DNA of 64,000 bases from Candidatus Brocadiia bacterium (lineage in GTDB: Bacteria; Planctomycetota; Brocadiia; CAIUPP01). The stretch is taken from positions 32,001 to 96,000 of the forward strand of contig JBEKCB010000013.1 of the NCBI GenBank assembly GCA_050015075.1. The letters are read 5' to 3'. Position 1 is the stretch's first letter; every line of letters begins with the position of its first letter. The translations under genes were made by a program, and so were the position numbers. The notes below the pieces were generated by a model. The model was not told the origin of the DNA. It searched no databases and saw only the letters and a program-made list of their open reading frames with translations. Of the stretch, positions 50,933 through 60,704 are shown piece after piece.

Positions 50933-52081
50933 TCAGGGTGTCGCCTTCTCAATCTTCTGCAACGCCTCTAGCGCCTCAACATTGCCCTGGTCGGCGGCCT
51001 TGCGGTACCACTTCACCGCCTCGGCCTTATCCTGCACGACGCCTCCGCCATTGTCGTAGCAGACCCCGAGGTTGTATTGCGCTGCCGCGTAGCCCTGGTC
51101 GGCGGCCTTGCGGTACCACTTCACTGCCTCGGCCCTGTCTTGGGCTACGCCTCCGCCTTTATAGTAGCAGTTCCCGAGGTTGAATTGCGCCTTTGCGTAG
51201 CCTTGGTCTGCGGCCTTGCGATACCACTTGACCGCCACGGCCTTGTCCTGCTCGATGCCTCCGCCATTGTCGTAGCAGACCCCGAGGTTGTATTGCGCCC
51301 CCGCGTCGCCCTGGTCTACAGCCTTGCGGAACCACTTCACCGCCTCGGTCCTGTCTTGGGCTACGCCTCCGCCATTGTAATAGCAGTTCCCGAGGTTACA
51401 TTGCGCCTGCGCGTAGTCCTGGTCTGCGGCCTTGCGATACCACTTCACCGCCGCAGCCTTGTCCTGCACGACGCCATCGCCATTGTCGTAGCAGACCCCG
51501 AGGTTGTATTGCGCCCCCGCGTCGCCCTGGTCCGCGGCCTTGCGGAACCACTTCACCGCCTCGACCCTGTCCTGGGCGACGCCTTCGGCATTGTAGTAGC
51601 AGAGGCCGAGGTTGTATTGTGCCGCCGCGAAGCACTGGTCTGCGGCCTTGCGGAACCACTTCGCCGCCTCGGCCCTGTCCTGGGTGACTCCTTCGCCATT
51701 GTAATAGCGGTTCCCGAGGTTGACTTGCGCCGCTGCGTCGCCCTGGTCTGCGGCCTTGCGGTACCACTTTACCGCGGCGGCCTTGTCCTCGGCGAAGCCT
51801 TCGCCATTGTCGTAGCAGAGCCCGAGGTTGTATTGCGCCTGCGGCAGGCCCTGCTCTGCGGCCTTGCGGTACCACTTCGCCGCCTCGGCCTTGTCCTGGG
51901 TGACACCTTCGCCATTGTCGTAGCAGACACCGAGGTTGTATTGCGCCTCCGCGTCGCCTTTCTCTGCGGCCGCGCGATACTGGTCCACGCTTTGGGGACG
52001 GAGAATAGAAATTGCAATGAAAGCGGACAGAGCGAATACTACGACTAGGATGACGCCTATCAAGAATGACTTCCGGCTCAT
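50933..52081 (-). CDS. membrane-anchored Sel1-like repeat protein (9 repeats)
   Basis: N-terminal TM helix; 36-aa AQYNLG.CY.NG.GV.QD..EAVKWYRKAADQG repeats. Confidence 0.95.
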   Translation of the reverse strand: MSRKSFLIGVILVVVFALSAFIAISILRPQSVDQYRAAAEKGDAEAQYNLGVCYDNGEGVTQDKAEAAKWYRKAAEQGLPQAQYNLGLCYDNGEGFAEDKAAAVKWYRKAADQGDAAAQVNLGNRYYNGEGVTQDRAEAAKWFRKAADQCFAAAQYNLGLCYYNAEGVAQDRVEAVKWFRKAADQGDAGAQYNLGVCYDNGDGVVQDKAAAVKWYRKAADQDYAQAQCNLGNCYYNGGGVAQDRTEAVKWFRKAVDQGDAGAQYNLGVCYDNGGGIEQDKAVAVKWYRKAADQGYAKAQFNLGNCYYKGGGVAQDRAEAVKWYRKAADQGYAAAQYNLGVCYDNGGGVVQDKAEAVKWYRKAADQGNVEALEALQKIEKATP

Positions 52082-52277
52082 GAAGCGCTCCTTACGTTCT
52101 CAGGAGTTCGTGTTCCTTTCCACCCCCGTTTGAGCCGAGGCAACGCCATCCTCTCCGGCGCGCCTTGACAAGAAAAATGGCCGGCACAATACATGCTTTA
52201 AAAGCTGATACCTTTGTGTTTAGGTGGTGAATTCAGCCCATTCGCGAACCCCTCAGTCCGCATTCATCACTCGCCGG

Positions 52278-53069
52278 TCATGAATCCGCGACCACCGGAT
52301 TGCGCAGCGTGCCGATCCCCTCGATCTCCACCTCATACGAGTCGCCCGGCTTCAGCCAGACCGGCGGCTTGCGCGCGAAGCCGACTCCGGCGGGCGTGCC
52401 GGTCAGCAGCACCGTGCCGGGCAGCAGCGTCATCCCGCGAGAGAGGTAGCTGATCACGGACCGGACGCTGAAGATCAGCTCCGAGGTGTTCGCCTCCTGC
52501 ATCGTCCGCCCGTTCAGCCGGCCGCGGATGCGGAGGTTCGCAGGATCCAGTTCCGTCTCGATCCACGGGCCGAGCGGGCCGAACGTGTCGAACGACTTGG
52601 ACCGCGACCACTGTCCGTCGCCGGCCTGGCAGTCGCGCGCGCTCACGTCGTTGGCGCAGGTGTAGCCGAGCACGCAATCGAGCGCGTCCATTTCGCTCAC
52701 TCGGCGGGCGGGCTTGCCTATGACCACCGCCAGTTCCGCCTCGAAATCCACCTGGCCGGGCGCCGCCGACGGGATCACGATCGGGTCGTCCGGCCCGATC
52801 ACGCACGAGGTCGCCTTGATGAAGAGCAGCGGCGCCTTCGGCGGCGCGCCGCCGCCCTCCGCCGCGTGCGCGCGATAGTTCCGGCCGAGGCAGAGCAGGT
52901 TGGCCGGCGCGATCGGCGCGAGCAGCCGCAGTTCCTTCAGCGGCAGGACCCGGGAAGGACTTTCGCGCCGCGGGCCGAACAGGTCCCCTTCGATCACATC
53001 AAGCGAATCGCCGCGCACGACGCCGTGCAGAATTTTCCCGCCGGCGGTCCGAACACGCGCCAGACGCAT
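52278..53069 (-). CDS. fumarylacetoacetate hydrolase family protein
   Basis: GRNYRAHA, DFEAEL, NDVSARD, KSFDTF, LTGTPAGVG. Confidence 0.93.
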   Translation of the reverse strand: MRLARVRTAGGKILHGVVRGDSLDVIEGDLFGPRRESPSRVLPLKELRLLAPIAPANLLCLGRNYRAHAAEGGGAPPKAPLLFIKATSCVIGPDDPIVIPSAAPGQVDFEAELAVVIGKPARRVSEMDALDCVLGYTCANDVSARDCQAGDGQWSRSKSFDTFGPLGPWIETELDPANLRIRGRLNGRTMQEANTSELIFSVRSVISYLSRGMTLLPGTVLLTGTPAGVGFARKPPVWLKPGDSYEVEIEGIGTLRNPVVADS

Positions 53070-53101
53070 AGTTTCTCGCTTTTTCTATAACCTTTGGATT
53101 C

Positions 53102-53220
53102 ACCACCCGGACACTAAGACACCAAGAACGGCGGAGATTGGGTAATTAGGAAATTCGGAAATTGGGATTCGGTAACGCGGCCGTCCTAATTTCCCAATCT
53201 CCCAATCTCCAAGCCGTGTT
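53102..53220. repeat. hybrid element: left ACCAC..CACCAAG arm plus 8-bp-unit inverted repeat
   Basis: ACCACCCGGACACTAAGACACCAAGAACGGC then GGAGATTGGGTAATTAGGAAATT...AATTTCCCAATCTCCCAATCTCC. Confidence 0.75.
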
Positions 53221-53330
53221 CCTTTCACGAACAATACCATAATCAGCAAACGATGGAAAACCGGCGCACAATATTGTATGGTGATTGCGTGGGTTTCGCC
53301 CCGTTCTTCTGGTTTTTGAGGGAGAGCGCC

Positions 53331-54224
53331 ATGCCGGAAGCCGACCACGCCGCGAAGGAGAAGGAGTTCTTTCTCGACATCCCGGTGGTGACGCCCGGGT
53401 TCTTCCTCAAGGGCGCCGGCTCGTACGATTGGGGGATGAAGAACCGGCTGGCGCGCATCTTCCGGCCGAGCAGCGGGCGGACGGTGATGCTGGCGATTGA
53501 CCACGGCTATTTCCAGGGGCCGACGACCGGGCTCGAGCGCGTGGACGTCACCATCGTGCCGCTGATCCCGTATGCCGACGCGCTGATGCTCACGCGCGGC
53601 ATCCTGCGCACGACGATCCCGCCCGCGACGACCAAGCCCGTCGTCATGCGCGCCAGCGGCGGACCGAGCATCCTCAAGGAACTTTCCAACGAGGAGATCG
53701 CCGTGGATATCGAGGACGCCGTGCGAATGAACGTGGCCGCCGTGGCGATCCAGGTGTTCATCGGCGGCGAGTTCGAGACGCGCTCGGTCCACAACATGAC
53801 GCGCCTCGTGGACCAGGGGCTGCGCTGCGGCATTCCCGTCCTCGGCGTCACCGCCGTCGGCAAGAACATGGTGCGCGACGCGCAGTACTTCCGGCTGGCC
53901 TGCCGCATCTGCGCCGAGCTCGGCGCGCAATTCGTCAAGACGTACTACCTCGCCGAGGACTTCGAGACCGTCACCGCCAGTTGCCCCGTGCCGATCGTGA
54001 TGGCCGGCGGGAAGAAAATTCCCGAGCTCGACGCGCTGACCATGGCCTGGAACGCCATCCAGCAGGGCGCCGCCGGCGTGGACATGGGCCGCAACGTCTT
54101 CCAGAGCGACGCGCCCGTGGCGATGATCCAGGCCGTCAACGCCGTCGTCCACGACGGCCTGAAACCGAAGCAGGCGCTGGAACTTTACGAAACGCTGAAA
54201 CGCGATCACCGGAAACGGCCTTGA
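53331..54224 (+). CDS. lsrF: LsrF-type thiolase / class I aldolase
   Basis: [48 protein letters not shown]. Confidence 0.88.
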   Translation: MPEADHAAKEKEFFLDIPVVTPGFFLKGAGSYDWGMKNRLARIFRPSSGRTVMLAIDHGYFQGPTTGLERVDVTIVPLIPYADALMLTRGILRTTIPPATTKPVVMRASGGPSILKELSNEEIAVDIEDAVRMNVAAVAIQVFIGGEFETRSVHNMTRLVDQGLRCGIPVLGVTAVGKNMVRDAQYFRLACRICAELGAQFVKTYYLAEDFETVTASCPVPIVMAGGKKIPELDALTMAWNAIQQGAAGVDMGRNVFQSDAPVAMIQAVNAVVHDGLKPKQALELYETLKRDHRKRP

Positions 54225-54280
54225 CCCGGAAGCGCCGGCGCGCCGATGGGTGAAGACACGGGCCACGAAAGGAGCGCGGG

Positions 54281-54724
54281 ATGAAGACGAAGTTGCTCGC
54301 ACTGTTGCTCGCAGCGGTCCTTGCGACGTGCGCGATGGCGGCGCCGGATGCCGGCAGCCTTCCGCCCATCATCCGCTCCGGCTTGGCCAAGTACAAGGCC
54401 GACGGCGCGCAGGCGGCGGTCAACGCGTGGATGATCGGCAGCCCGATCGCGCTGAGCGAGGAGCCCCAACACCAGGTCCACGCGCTGCGGGCCTTCGAGG
54501 GCCAGTTCGGCGTCTACCAGGACTTCCACGTCGTCCGCATCGTCTCGATCTCGCCGACCACGCAGATGATTTACATCCAGCTCGACTATGTCAACGGCCC
54601 GGCGTTCGGGAAATTCCTCGCCTACCAGGCGAGGGAGTCGTGGAATGTCGTCAGCTTCGGCTTCGGCGCCGACCCGGAAGTCGTCTGGGGCCTCAGCCTC
54701 TTCGGCGCGCCGGATATGCAGTGA
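54281..54724 (+). CDS. secreted hypothetical protein
   Basis: MKTKLLALLLAAVLATCAMA signal peptide. Confidence 0.75.
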   Translation: MKTKLLALLLAAVLATCAMAAPDAGSLPPIIRSGLAKYKADGAQAAVNAWMIGSPIALSEEPQHQVHALRAFEGQFGVYQDFHVVRIVSISPTTQMIYIQLDYVNGPAFGKFLAYQARESWNVVSFGFGADPEVVWGLSLFGAPDMQ

Positions 54725-54796
54725 ACGGTCTGAGGGAATTACCTGATAGAATAACAGGATTACCTGGCCTGATTTGAAATCGTTAGGAAACCCTCC

Positions 54797-55144
54797 GTGG
54801 CGCAGGGCAGAAAAATGTGGGTCGCGGGTCTGGCGCTGAGCTGCTTCTGCGCGGCCGGCTGTGCCTCGCTCTGGCGGCCCGTTCCGCAGCAGGTCGTGCC
54901 GCCGACGGCGGGCGGTGATGTCAACTTTAAGCCCATCACGCCGCCGCCGCCGCTGCACGAGACCGTTCCCGACGCACCCTCGGACGAGCACGTCTGGATT
55001 CCCGGTTACTGGATCTGGCGAAACGGCTACTACGTCTGGTCGCCCGGCCGCTGGGTGATTCCGCCGCACCCGGGCGCCAAGTGGGTGCCCGACAAATGGT
55101 CGCCCGGCTATACCACTCCGGACGTTCCCGGGCATTGGGAATAG
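54797..55144 (+). CDS. YXWGXW/WXXGXW-repeat lipoprotein
   Basis: AAG-C lipobox; VWIPGYW, YVWSPGRW, WVPDKW, VPGHW. Confidence 0.8.
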   Translation: MAQGRKMWVAGLALSCFCAAGCASLWRPVPQQVVPPTAGGDVNFKPITPPPPLHETVPDAPSDEHVWIPGYWIWRNGYYVWSPGRWVIPPHPGAKWVPDKWSPGYTTPDVPGHWE

Positions 55145-55225
55145 CCCGCGCAGAGGGCCGCGCCCGAAGAGAGACTCAGCGGTTTGTTTCCGGCGAAGGA
55201 GCAGCGAGTGAGTTTTGCCACGGCG

Positions 55226-56227
55226 ATGAGCGCCGCTGAGTGTCGGACCGCGAAAGCGGCGGCGCGGCGCCGGCGGATTCTGCGCATCGCCGCGGCGCTC
55301 GCGATCGCGGCCATGCCGGCGGCCTGCAATCGCACCGAAAGCCCGCGCGTGCAGGGTTACGTCGAGGGCGAGTATGTGTACGTCGCCGCGCCTGCGTCCG
55401 GGCAATTGGAAGCCCTGACCGTGCAGCGGGGCCGGCAGGTGAACGCCGGCGACGCGCTCTTCGCCCTCGAAAGCGCCCGCGAACAGCACGCGCGCGACGA
55501 AGCCGCCCAGCGCCTGGCCCAGGCGCGCGCCACGCTGGAAGACGTGAAGAAGGGAAGACGCCCCACCGAAATCGAATCGCTGGAGGCGCAACTGACCCAG
55601 GCGCACGCGGCGCTGGATTTCTCGGAGAAGGAATACCAGCGCGAGGCGGACCTGGTCGCCGGCGGCGCGACCACTGCCGAGTCGCTCGACCGGGCGCGGT
55701 CCGCGCGCGACGAGGACCGCCAGCGCGTGGCGCAAGTGACCGCCGACCTGGCCACGGCGCGCCTGGGCGCGCGGGAAGACCAGGTCGCCGCGGCCGAGGC
55801 GGAAGCGCACGCGGCCGAGGCCGTCCTGGCGCAGGCGGAATGGGCCCTGGCCCAGCGACGCCAGGCCGCCCCGCAGGCCGGGCTGGTCTTCGACACGCTC
55901 TACCGAGAAGGCGAATGGGTCGCCGCCGGCCGGCCCGTCGTCGTCCTGCTCCCGCCGGCCTCCATCAAGGTGCGCGTCTTCGTGCCGGAGCGCCGCGTCG
56001 GCGCGCTGCATGCGGGCGACGCCGCGCGCGTCATCGTGGACGGCGTGCCCGAGCCGCTCGCCGGGCGGATCAGCTTCATCTCGCCCCAGGCCGAGTACAC
56101 TCCGCCGGTCATCTTCAGCGAGGAGAGCCGGTCGAAGCTGGTCTTCATGATCGAGCTGACGTTCGACCCGGCGGTCGCCGCGAGCCTCCATCCCGGCCAG
56201 CCTGTGGATGTGGAATTCGGTCCCTGA
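55226..56227 (+). CDS. HlyD-family membrane fusion protein
   Basis: QGYVEGE, lipoyl-like halves, SPQAEYTPPVIFS; start uncertain. Confidence 0.88.
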   Translation: MSAAECRTAKAAARRRRILRIAAALAIAAMPAACNRTESPRVQGYVEGEYVYVAAPASGQLEALTVQRGRQVNAGDALFALESAREQHARDEAAQRLAQARATLEDVKKGRRPTEIESLEAQLTQAHAALDFSEKEYQREADLVAGGATTAESLDRARSARDEDRQRVAQVTADLATARLGAREDQVAAAEAEAHAAEAVLAQAEWALAQRRQAAPQAGLVFDTLYREGEWVAAGRPVVVLLPPASIKVRVFVPERRVGALHAGDAARVIVDGVPEPLAGRISFISPQAEYTPPVIFSEESRSKLVFMIELTFDPAVAASLHPGQPVDVEFGP

Positions 56228-56229
56228 AG

Positions 56230-57156
56230 ATGGGTGAGAACTTCGCGATTGACGTGCGCGGCCTGACCAAACGCTTCGGCAGCCTCGTCGCCGTCAACCA
56301 CATTGACCTGCAGGTGCGCGCGGGCGAAATCTGCGGCTTCCTGGGGCCCAACGGCAGCGGCAAGACCACGTTCATCCGCATGCTCTGCGGCCTGCTCCGC
56401 CCCGACGAGGGCAGCGGCCGCTGCCTGGGCCTCGACGTCGTCGCCGAGAGCGAGGCGATCAAGCGGCAGGTCGGCTACATGACGCAGCGGTTCAGTTTCT
56501 ACGAGGATCTGACTCCCGCTGAGAACCTGGAGTTCGTCGCGCGGATGTACTCGGTTCCCGACCGGCGCCAGGCGGTCCGCCGGAGCCTCGACCGGCTCGG
56601 GCTGGCCACGCGGCGGAACCAGTTGACCGGCGAACTCTCCGGCGGCTGGAAGCAGCGCCTGGCGCTCGCGGCCTGCCTGATCCACGAGCCCAAACTGCTT
56701 CTGCTCGACGAGCCGACCGCCGGCGTGGACCCGAAGGCTCGCCGCGATTTCTGGGAGCATATCCACCGGCTCGCCGCCGAAGGCTTGACCTTCCTGATCG
56801 CGACGCACTACATGGACGAGGCGGAGCGGTGCCACCAACTGGCGTACCTTTCCTTCGGCAGGCTGCTTGCGCGCGGCACGGCCGAGGAAGTGGTCGCCGC
56901 GGCGCACCTGGCGACCTGGTCGGTCACCGGCCCGGACCTCGCGGCGCTCTCCGAGCAGCTTCAGTCGCGGCCGGGCGTGCAGCAGACCGCGGCGTTCGGC
57001 AACGAGCTGCACGTCAGCGGCGACGATCCCGCCGCCCTCGAGCAGGCCATCGCGGAGTTCCGCGCCGGCCCGCGCGAATGGCGGCGTATCGAGCCGGGGC
57101 TCGAGGACGTTTTCATCCACCTCATGGACCAGTCGCGGGACAACGTGCAGGCATGA
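56230..57156 (+). CDS. ABC transporter ATP-binding protein
   Basis: GPNGSGKT, LSGGWKQR, LLLDEPTAGVDP. Confidence 0.95.
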   Translation: MGENFAIDVRGLTKRFGSLVAVNHIDLQVRAGEICGFLGPNGSGKTTFIRMLCGLLRPDEGSGRCLGLDVVAESEAIKRQVGYMTQRFSFYEDLTPAENLEFVARMYSVPDRRQAVRRSLDRLGLATRRNQLTGELSGGWKQRLALAACLIHEPKLLLLDEPTAGVDPKARRDFWEHIHRLAAEGLTFLIATHYMDEAERCHQLAYLSFGRLLARGTAEEVVAAAHLATWSVTGPDLAALSEQLQSRPGVQQTAAFGNELHVSGDDPAALEQAIAEFRAGPREWRRIEPGLEDVFIHLMDQSRDNVQA

Positions 57157-58295
57157 AGAACCATCCCGCATTTTCCCCGGCGCGGTTCTGGGCGATCCTC
57201 GTCAAGGAGTTCGTCCAGATGCGCCGCGACCGCCTCACGTTCGGCATGATGATCGGCATCCCGCTGCTCCAGCTCATCCTCTTCGGCTACGCCATCAATT
57301 CCGACCCGAAACACCTGGCGACCGCCGTCCTCCTGGCCGACGACGGGCCGCAGGGCCGGACACTCCTGTATGCCATGCGCAACAGCGCGTACTTCGACTT
57401 CGTCGGGCAGGTGGAGAACGAATCGGCCGGGCGCGCCGCCCTGGCGCGCGGCGAAGTCCAGTTTGTCGTCAACATCCCGCAGCATTTTTCGCGCGACCTG
57501 CTGCGCGGCGACCGGCCCGCCGTCCTCATCGAAGCTGACGCCGCCGACCCGGCGGCCACCAGCAACGCGCTCGGCGCGATGGCCCTGCTGCTCAACGGCG
57601 CGCTGCAGAACGACCTCAAGGGATCGCTCGCCTTCCTGGCCGTGACGGACAGCCCGATTGACCTGCGCATCCACGCGCTCTACAACCCCGAAGCGGTCAC
57701 GCAGTACAACATCGTCCCCGGCCTGCTCGGCGTCGTCCTCACGATGACCATGGTCATGATCACCGCGCTGGCGATCACCCGCGAGCGCGAGCGCGGCACG
57801 ATGGAGAACCTGCTCTCCATGCCCACCCGGCCGGCGGAAGTGCTCGCCGGGAAGATCATCCCGTACATCCTCGTCGGCTACATCCAGGTGGGGCTGATCC
57901 TCGTCTGCGCCCGCCTCTTCTTCCACGTGCCGATGGTCGGCAGCCTGGTCCTGCTGCTCGCCGTGGCGCTCGTCTTCATCGCCGCCAACCTCGCCATGGG
58001 CATCACCTTCTCCACCGTCGCCAGCAACCAGCTCCAGGCCGCGCAGAGCGCGAGCTTTTTCTTCCTGCCCTCCATGCTGCTCTCGGGGTTCATGTTTCCG
58101 TTCCGCGGCATGCCGCACTGGGCGCAGGCGATCGGCGAGTTCCTGCCGCTGACGCACTTCCTGCGGATCGTCCGCGGCATTCTCCTCAAGGGCAACGGAT
58201 TGGCCGAAGTGGCCGGCGAGATTTGGCCGATCGCCCTGTTCACCGTAGCCGCGTTCGCCGTCGCCGTCACGCGCTATCGGCGGACGCTGGATTAA
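57153..58295 (+). CDS. ABC-2 permease
   Basis: KEFVQMRRD, RERERGTMENLL, LSGFMFP. Confidence 0.93.
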   Translation: MKNHPAFSPARFWAILVKEFVQMRRDRLTFGMMIGIPLLQLILFGYAINSDPKHLATAVLLADDGPQGRTLLYAMRNSAYFDFVGQVENESAGRAALARGEVQFVVNIPQHFSRDLLRGDRPAVLIEADAADPAATSNALGAMALLLNGALQNDLKGSLAFLAVTDSPIDLRIHALYNPEAVTQYNIVPGLLGVVLTMTMVMITALAITRERERGTMENLLSMPTRPAEVLAGKIIPYILVGYIQVGLILVCARLFFHVPMVGSLVLLLAVALVFIAANLAMGITFSTVASNQLQAAQSASFFFLPSMLLSGFMFPFRGMPHWAQAIGEFLPLTHFLRIVRGILLKGNGLAEVAGEIWPIALFTVAAFAVAVTRYRRTLD

Positions 58296-58315
58296 CGCTC
58301 GGCGCAGCGCAACCA

Positions 58316-58406
58316 CTCGTCCTCGTCCTGGTCCTCGGCCTCGTCCTCGAATTGCCATTCTTGACGGCCGAGGCTGAGGACGACGACGAGGACGAGGACG
58401 AGGACG
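58316..58406. repeat. (CTCGTC)n/(GAGGAC)n inverted repeat
   Basis: Intergenic; sibling of 42449-42552. Confidence 0.85.
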
Positions 58407-58495
58407 CGTCGTTCCGCTTGCCGCCGATTCGGCAGCAGCGTAAGATTATGGGCAGATGGCCGGCTTCCACGCTTGCCTCGGAGAAGGAGAAACGA

Positions 58496-59620
58496 GTGAA
58501 TCCCGGCGAAACCGCGCGGTCTGCTGAAGCGCGGCTGGCATCCATCGCGCCGATCGTTCGCGGGCTGCTCGCGACGCCCTCGGGCGACGACGACAGGCCC
58601 TGGCGGCGCGTGATCGTGCAATCGCGCGCGGAGGCGGCGGCGCGGCCGGAACCGCAGCCGGCGGCGCTGCGGCTGGACGCGCTCGACCCGGACGCCGCGC
58701 CGGAAACGCTGCGCGAGCGGATCGCTTCCGCGCTCGCGGCCCGCCGGCCCGAGGCGATCCTGCTGCCGGGCGCCGGGATTTTCCGCGTCCTCACGGACGC
58801 GCCGGACCCGCACCGGCCGCTGGAGAACGAGACCGCGCTGGTCACCGGTGCGGCCGGCGCGATCGGCGCGGCGATCTGCCGCGAGCTGCTCGCCTGGGGC
58901 TGCCGCGTCGCGGCGACCGATCTGCCCGGCGAACGCCTCGACGGCCTGGCGGCGGAGTTCCAGAAGACCGCGCCCGGCCGCATCGCCGGCATCCCGCTCG
59001 ACGTGACCGACGAGCGCTCCGTGAAATCCGGCTTCGACCGCGCAACGCTGGAATGGGGCGGCGTGGACATCGTCATCGCCAACGCGGGCATCCCGCTGAT
59101 CGCCTCGCTGGTGGAGATGCGCCTCGAGGACTTCCGCCGCCTCGAACGCGTCAACGTCGAGGGCACGCTGCTGACGCTCGCCGAGGCCGGCCGGCGCATG
59201 CGGCTCCAGGGGACCGGAGGCGACATCGTCCTGATCTCGACCAAGAACGTCTTCAGCCCGGGCGCGCGGTTCGGCGCATACAGCGCCACGAAGGCCGCCG
59301 CGCACCAGCTCGCCCGCATCGCCAGCCTGGAAATGGCGGAGTTCGGCGTGCGCGTGAACATGGTCGCGCCCGACGCGGTGTTCGGCGACGCCGACCGCAA
59401 GTCCGGCCTTTGGGAAGCCATCGGCCCCGACCGCATGCGCGACAAGGGGCTGGATGCGCAGGCGCTGCAGGAGTACTATCGAAAGCGGAACCTGCTGAAG
59501 GCGCGCGTGACGGCGCAACACGTGGCGGAGGCCGTGCTGTTCCTGGTCGCCCGCCGCACGCCGACCACCGGCGCGACGATCCCGGTGGACGGCGGATTGC
59601 CCGACGCGACGCCCCGATAA
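58496..59620 (+). CDS. SDR oxidoreductase related to the C-terminal half of aldolase/SDR fusions
   Basis: VTGAAGAIG, ANAG, STKNV..PG..FGAYSATK, YYRKRNLLK, TTGATIPVDGG; AAGGAG RBS. Confidence 0.85.
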   Translation: MNPGETARSAEARLASIAPIVRGLLATPSGDDDRPWRRVIVQSRAEAAARPEPQPAALRLDALDPDAAPETLRERIASALAARRPEAILLPGAGIFRVLTDAPDPHRPLENETALVTGAAGAIGAAICRELLAWGCRVAATDLPGERLDGLAAEFQKTAPGRIAGIPLDVTDERSVKSGFDRATLEWGGVDIVIANAGIPLIASLVEMRLEDFRRLERVNVEGTLLTLAEAGRRMRLQGTGGDIVLISTKNVFSPGARFGAYSATKAAAHQLARIASLEMAEFGVRVNMVAPDAVFGDADRKSGLWEAIGPDRMRDKGLDAQALQEYYRKRNLLKARVTAQHVAEAVLFLVARRTPTTGATIPVDGGLPDATPR

Positions 59621-59657
59621 GTACTGCCGAACGTATAGTTATTGAAAGAGGCGGCCA

Positions 59658-60374
59658 ATGGATATTGAGGCGCGTCAGACGCGGCGCGATTTTCTCGTCG
59701 CCGCCGGGACGGTGGGCGCAGGGCTGCTGCTGACCGGCTGCAGCGGCATCGCGGCGAGGCCGGAGGAGAAAAAGCTCGAGGAAGGCGAAGCGGGCGTCGC
59801 GGCGACGGAGGGCCTGATGCGCCAGCACGGCGTGCTCGAGCGCGTTCTGCTGATCTACGAGGAAGGCGTCCGCCGCATCGAGACGGATGACGTGCTGCTG
59901 CCGGAGAACCTCGCCGGCGCGGTGGCGATCGTCCGCGCGTTCATCGAGGATTTCCACGAGAAGCGCGAAGAGTCGGACATCTTCCCTCGCCTGGAGAAGG
60001 CCGGCAAGCTGGCGCCGCTGACGGCGGTCCTCCGCGCGCAACACAAGGCCGGGCGCGACGCGACCGATAATATCCTGAAGCGGCTCGAGCCGCAGCCGTT
60101 CAATGTGCCGGACACGCGCCGCGAGCTGGCGGCGCTGATGCGCGGTTTCGCGCGCATGTACCGGCCGCACTACGCGCGCGAGGATACGGTGGTGTTCCCG
60201 GCGTTCCGCCAGGCGATGCCGCCCGGGGAATTCACCAGGCTCAGCGACCTGCTCGAGGAACGCGAGCGGGAGACGCTCGGGCCGGGAGCCTTCGAGAAGG
60301 CCGTCGCGCAGGTGGCGCAGATCGAAGCGGCGATGGAGATCGCCGACCTGGAGCAGTTCACGGCGAAGAGCTGA
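59658..60374 (+). CDS. Tat-exported hemerythrin-domain lipoprotein
   Basis: TRRDFL, LLTG-C, LMRQHG, FHEKREE..IFP, QH, H.AREDTVVFP. Confidence 0.85.
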   Translation: MDIEARQTRRDFLVAAGTVGAGLLLTGCSGIAARPEEKKLEEGEAGVAATEGLMRQHGVLERVLLIYEEGVRRIETDDVLLPENLAGAVAIVRAFIEDFHEKREESDIFPRLEKAGKLAPLTAVLRAQHKAGRDATDNILKRLEPQPFNVPDTRRELAALMRGFARMYRPHYAREDTVVFPAFRQAMPPGEFTRLSDLLEERERETLGPGAFEKAVAQVAQIEAAMEIADLEQFTAKS

Positions 60375-60422
60375 GGCAGGCGGAACGGCGGGCAAGCCCG
60401 TCGTTCGTATGGCGGGTATTCA

Positions 60423-60653
60423 TCACTCGCCGTTCTTCTTCGGGATCACGAGCGCGAAGAACGCCGACGCGACGGCGATGATCGTCCCGCCGGTGATGCC
60501 GCAGAGCGAGAGGATCGTCGCGGCGAAACTGCCCATTTCGACTCCGCTGCCGAACTTGAGCACGACGAAGGGCACCAGCACCGCCACTGCCGCGCCCAGC
60601 GCCATCCCCAGCGCGCCGAGCAGCCAATTCGAGCCGCTCCCGTTCCGATCCAT
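60423..60653 (-). CDS. small two-TM membrane protein
   Basis: GGGAGG RBS; two hydrophobic segments. Confidence 0.65.
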   Translation of the reverse strand: MDRNGSGSNWLLGALGMALGAAVAVLVPFVVLKFGSGVEMGSFAATILSLCGITGGTIIAVASAFFALVIPKKNGE

Positions 60654-60672
60654 GTCACCCTCCCGATTTCAG

Positions 60673-60704
60673 CATTCGGCAATCGCCATTCGGCAATCGG
60701 CAAT
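60673..60704. repeat. 7-bp tandem repeat (CAWTCGG)
   Basis: CATTCGG CAATCGC CATTCGG CAATCGG CAAT immediately after the purF stop. Confidence 0.7.

Noticed and set aside
51077-52048. 323-aa repetitive plus-strand ORF
   Set aside because: It is the antisense mirror of the Sel1 repeats.
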